Shown: positions 63,792-64,000 of the stretch, piece by piece | Layout: the number at the start of each line of letters is the position of its first letter | How positions within the stretch are numbered: position 1 is the stretch's first letter | Virus record (IMG/VR): IMGVR_UViG_2974597873_000001 | Coordinates: 32,001-96,000 of that record | Length of the DNA stretch: 64,000 bases | From: a virus | Lineage: Duplodnaviria > Caudoviricetes | Strand: one strand, 5' to 3' | Notes under the pieces: model-generated | Seen by the model: only the letters and a program-made list of their open reading frames with translations | The model's database searches: none | Told to the model about the DNA's origin: nothing | Program-made: the position numbers and the translations under genes

Positions 63792-64000
63792 TCATACCAG
63801 AAGTTCTCGCTCTAGCAAGACCTTAGGCTTTGCCCCCACAATGGTCTTAGTGGGAACACCATTCTCAAAACGAATGAGAGTGGGTACTGACATGACACCA
63901 TATTCTAGAGCAGACTCAGGGTTGGTGTCAAGGTCAATCTTGAGGATAGTTACATCCTTGTTCTCCTCTGCAAGAGACTCTAGCACAGGAGCGAGCTGAC
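63792..64000 (-). CDS. trxA: thioredoxin (5' end outside window)
   Basis: APVLE.LA, KID.D.NP..A..YGVMSVPTL..F.NG....IVGA.PK; the CxxC lies beyond the edge. Confidence 0.85.
   Translation of the reverse strand, partial: QLAPVLESLAEENKDVTILKIDLDTNPESALEYGVMSVPTLIRFENGVPTKTIVGAKPKVLLERELLV

Noticed and set aside
1-64000. CRISPR array, integrase/att site, reverse transcriptase or DGR, endolysin, DNA-modification cluster
   Set aside because: No regularly spaced repeats or diagnostic motifs were seen by eye in this window; they may lie elsewhere in the genome

Overview
A 64-kb segment of a large, apparently lytic actinobacteriophage with a contractile tail (myovirus architecture). A Streptomyces-like host is inferred from the WhiB gene, lipoprotein signals, high-GC3 early genes and TTGACA/TAGRRT-type promoters. 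Almost all genes are on the minus strand. Read in transcription order (right to left), the window holds: thioredoxin (partial), tRNA-His and tRNA-Tyr, Rnl1-type RNA ligase, metallophosphoesterase, MazG-like NTP pyrophosphohydrolase and a KTSC protein; then terminase, an Acb2/Tad1-like protein, portal, scaffold, major capsid, neck, sheath, tube, chaperones, tape measure (NlpC/P60 + lytic transglycosylase), baseplate and fibres (about 27.9-58.1 kb); then a replication and nucleic-acid metabolism arm (DnaC-like loader, nucleotidyltransferase, PNK, DnaB, primase, SNF2 helicase, HNH, MerR-like HTH, SSB, family A DNA polymerase, class II RNR, RecA, a second RNA ligase, a PD-(D/E)XK nuclease and WhiB). 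The main observations are: (1) a recurrent element in which a sigma-70-type promoter is built into an RNA hairpin right after the upstream stop codon, with G-U pairs that work only on the coding-strand RNA; (2) a candidate +1 frameshift at UUU-CGC in the tail chaperone; (3) an Acb2/Tad1-like immune-signal sponge among the head genes; (4) a multi-gene RNA/tRNA repair kit and an atypical tRNA-His; (5) only two rightward promoters found, one driving a lone membrane protein and one with no ORF. All protein calls come from motif recognition by eye; no database searches were run.
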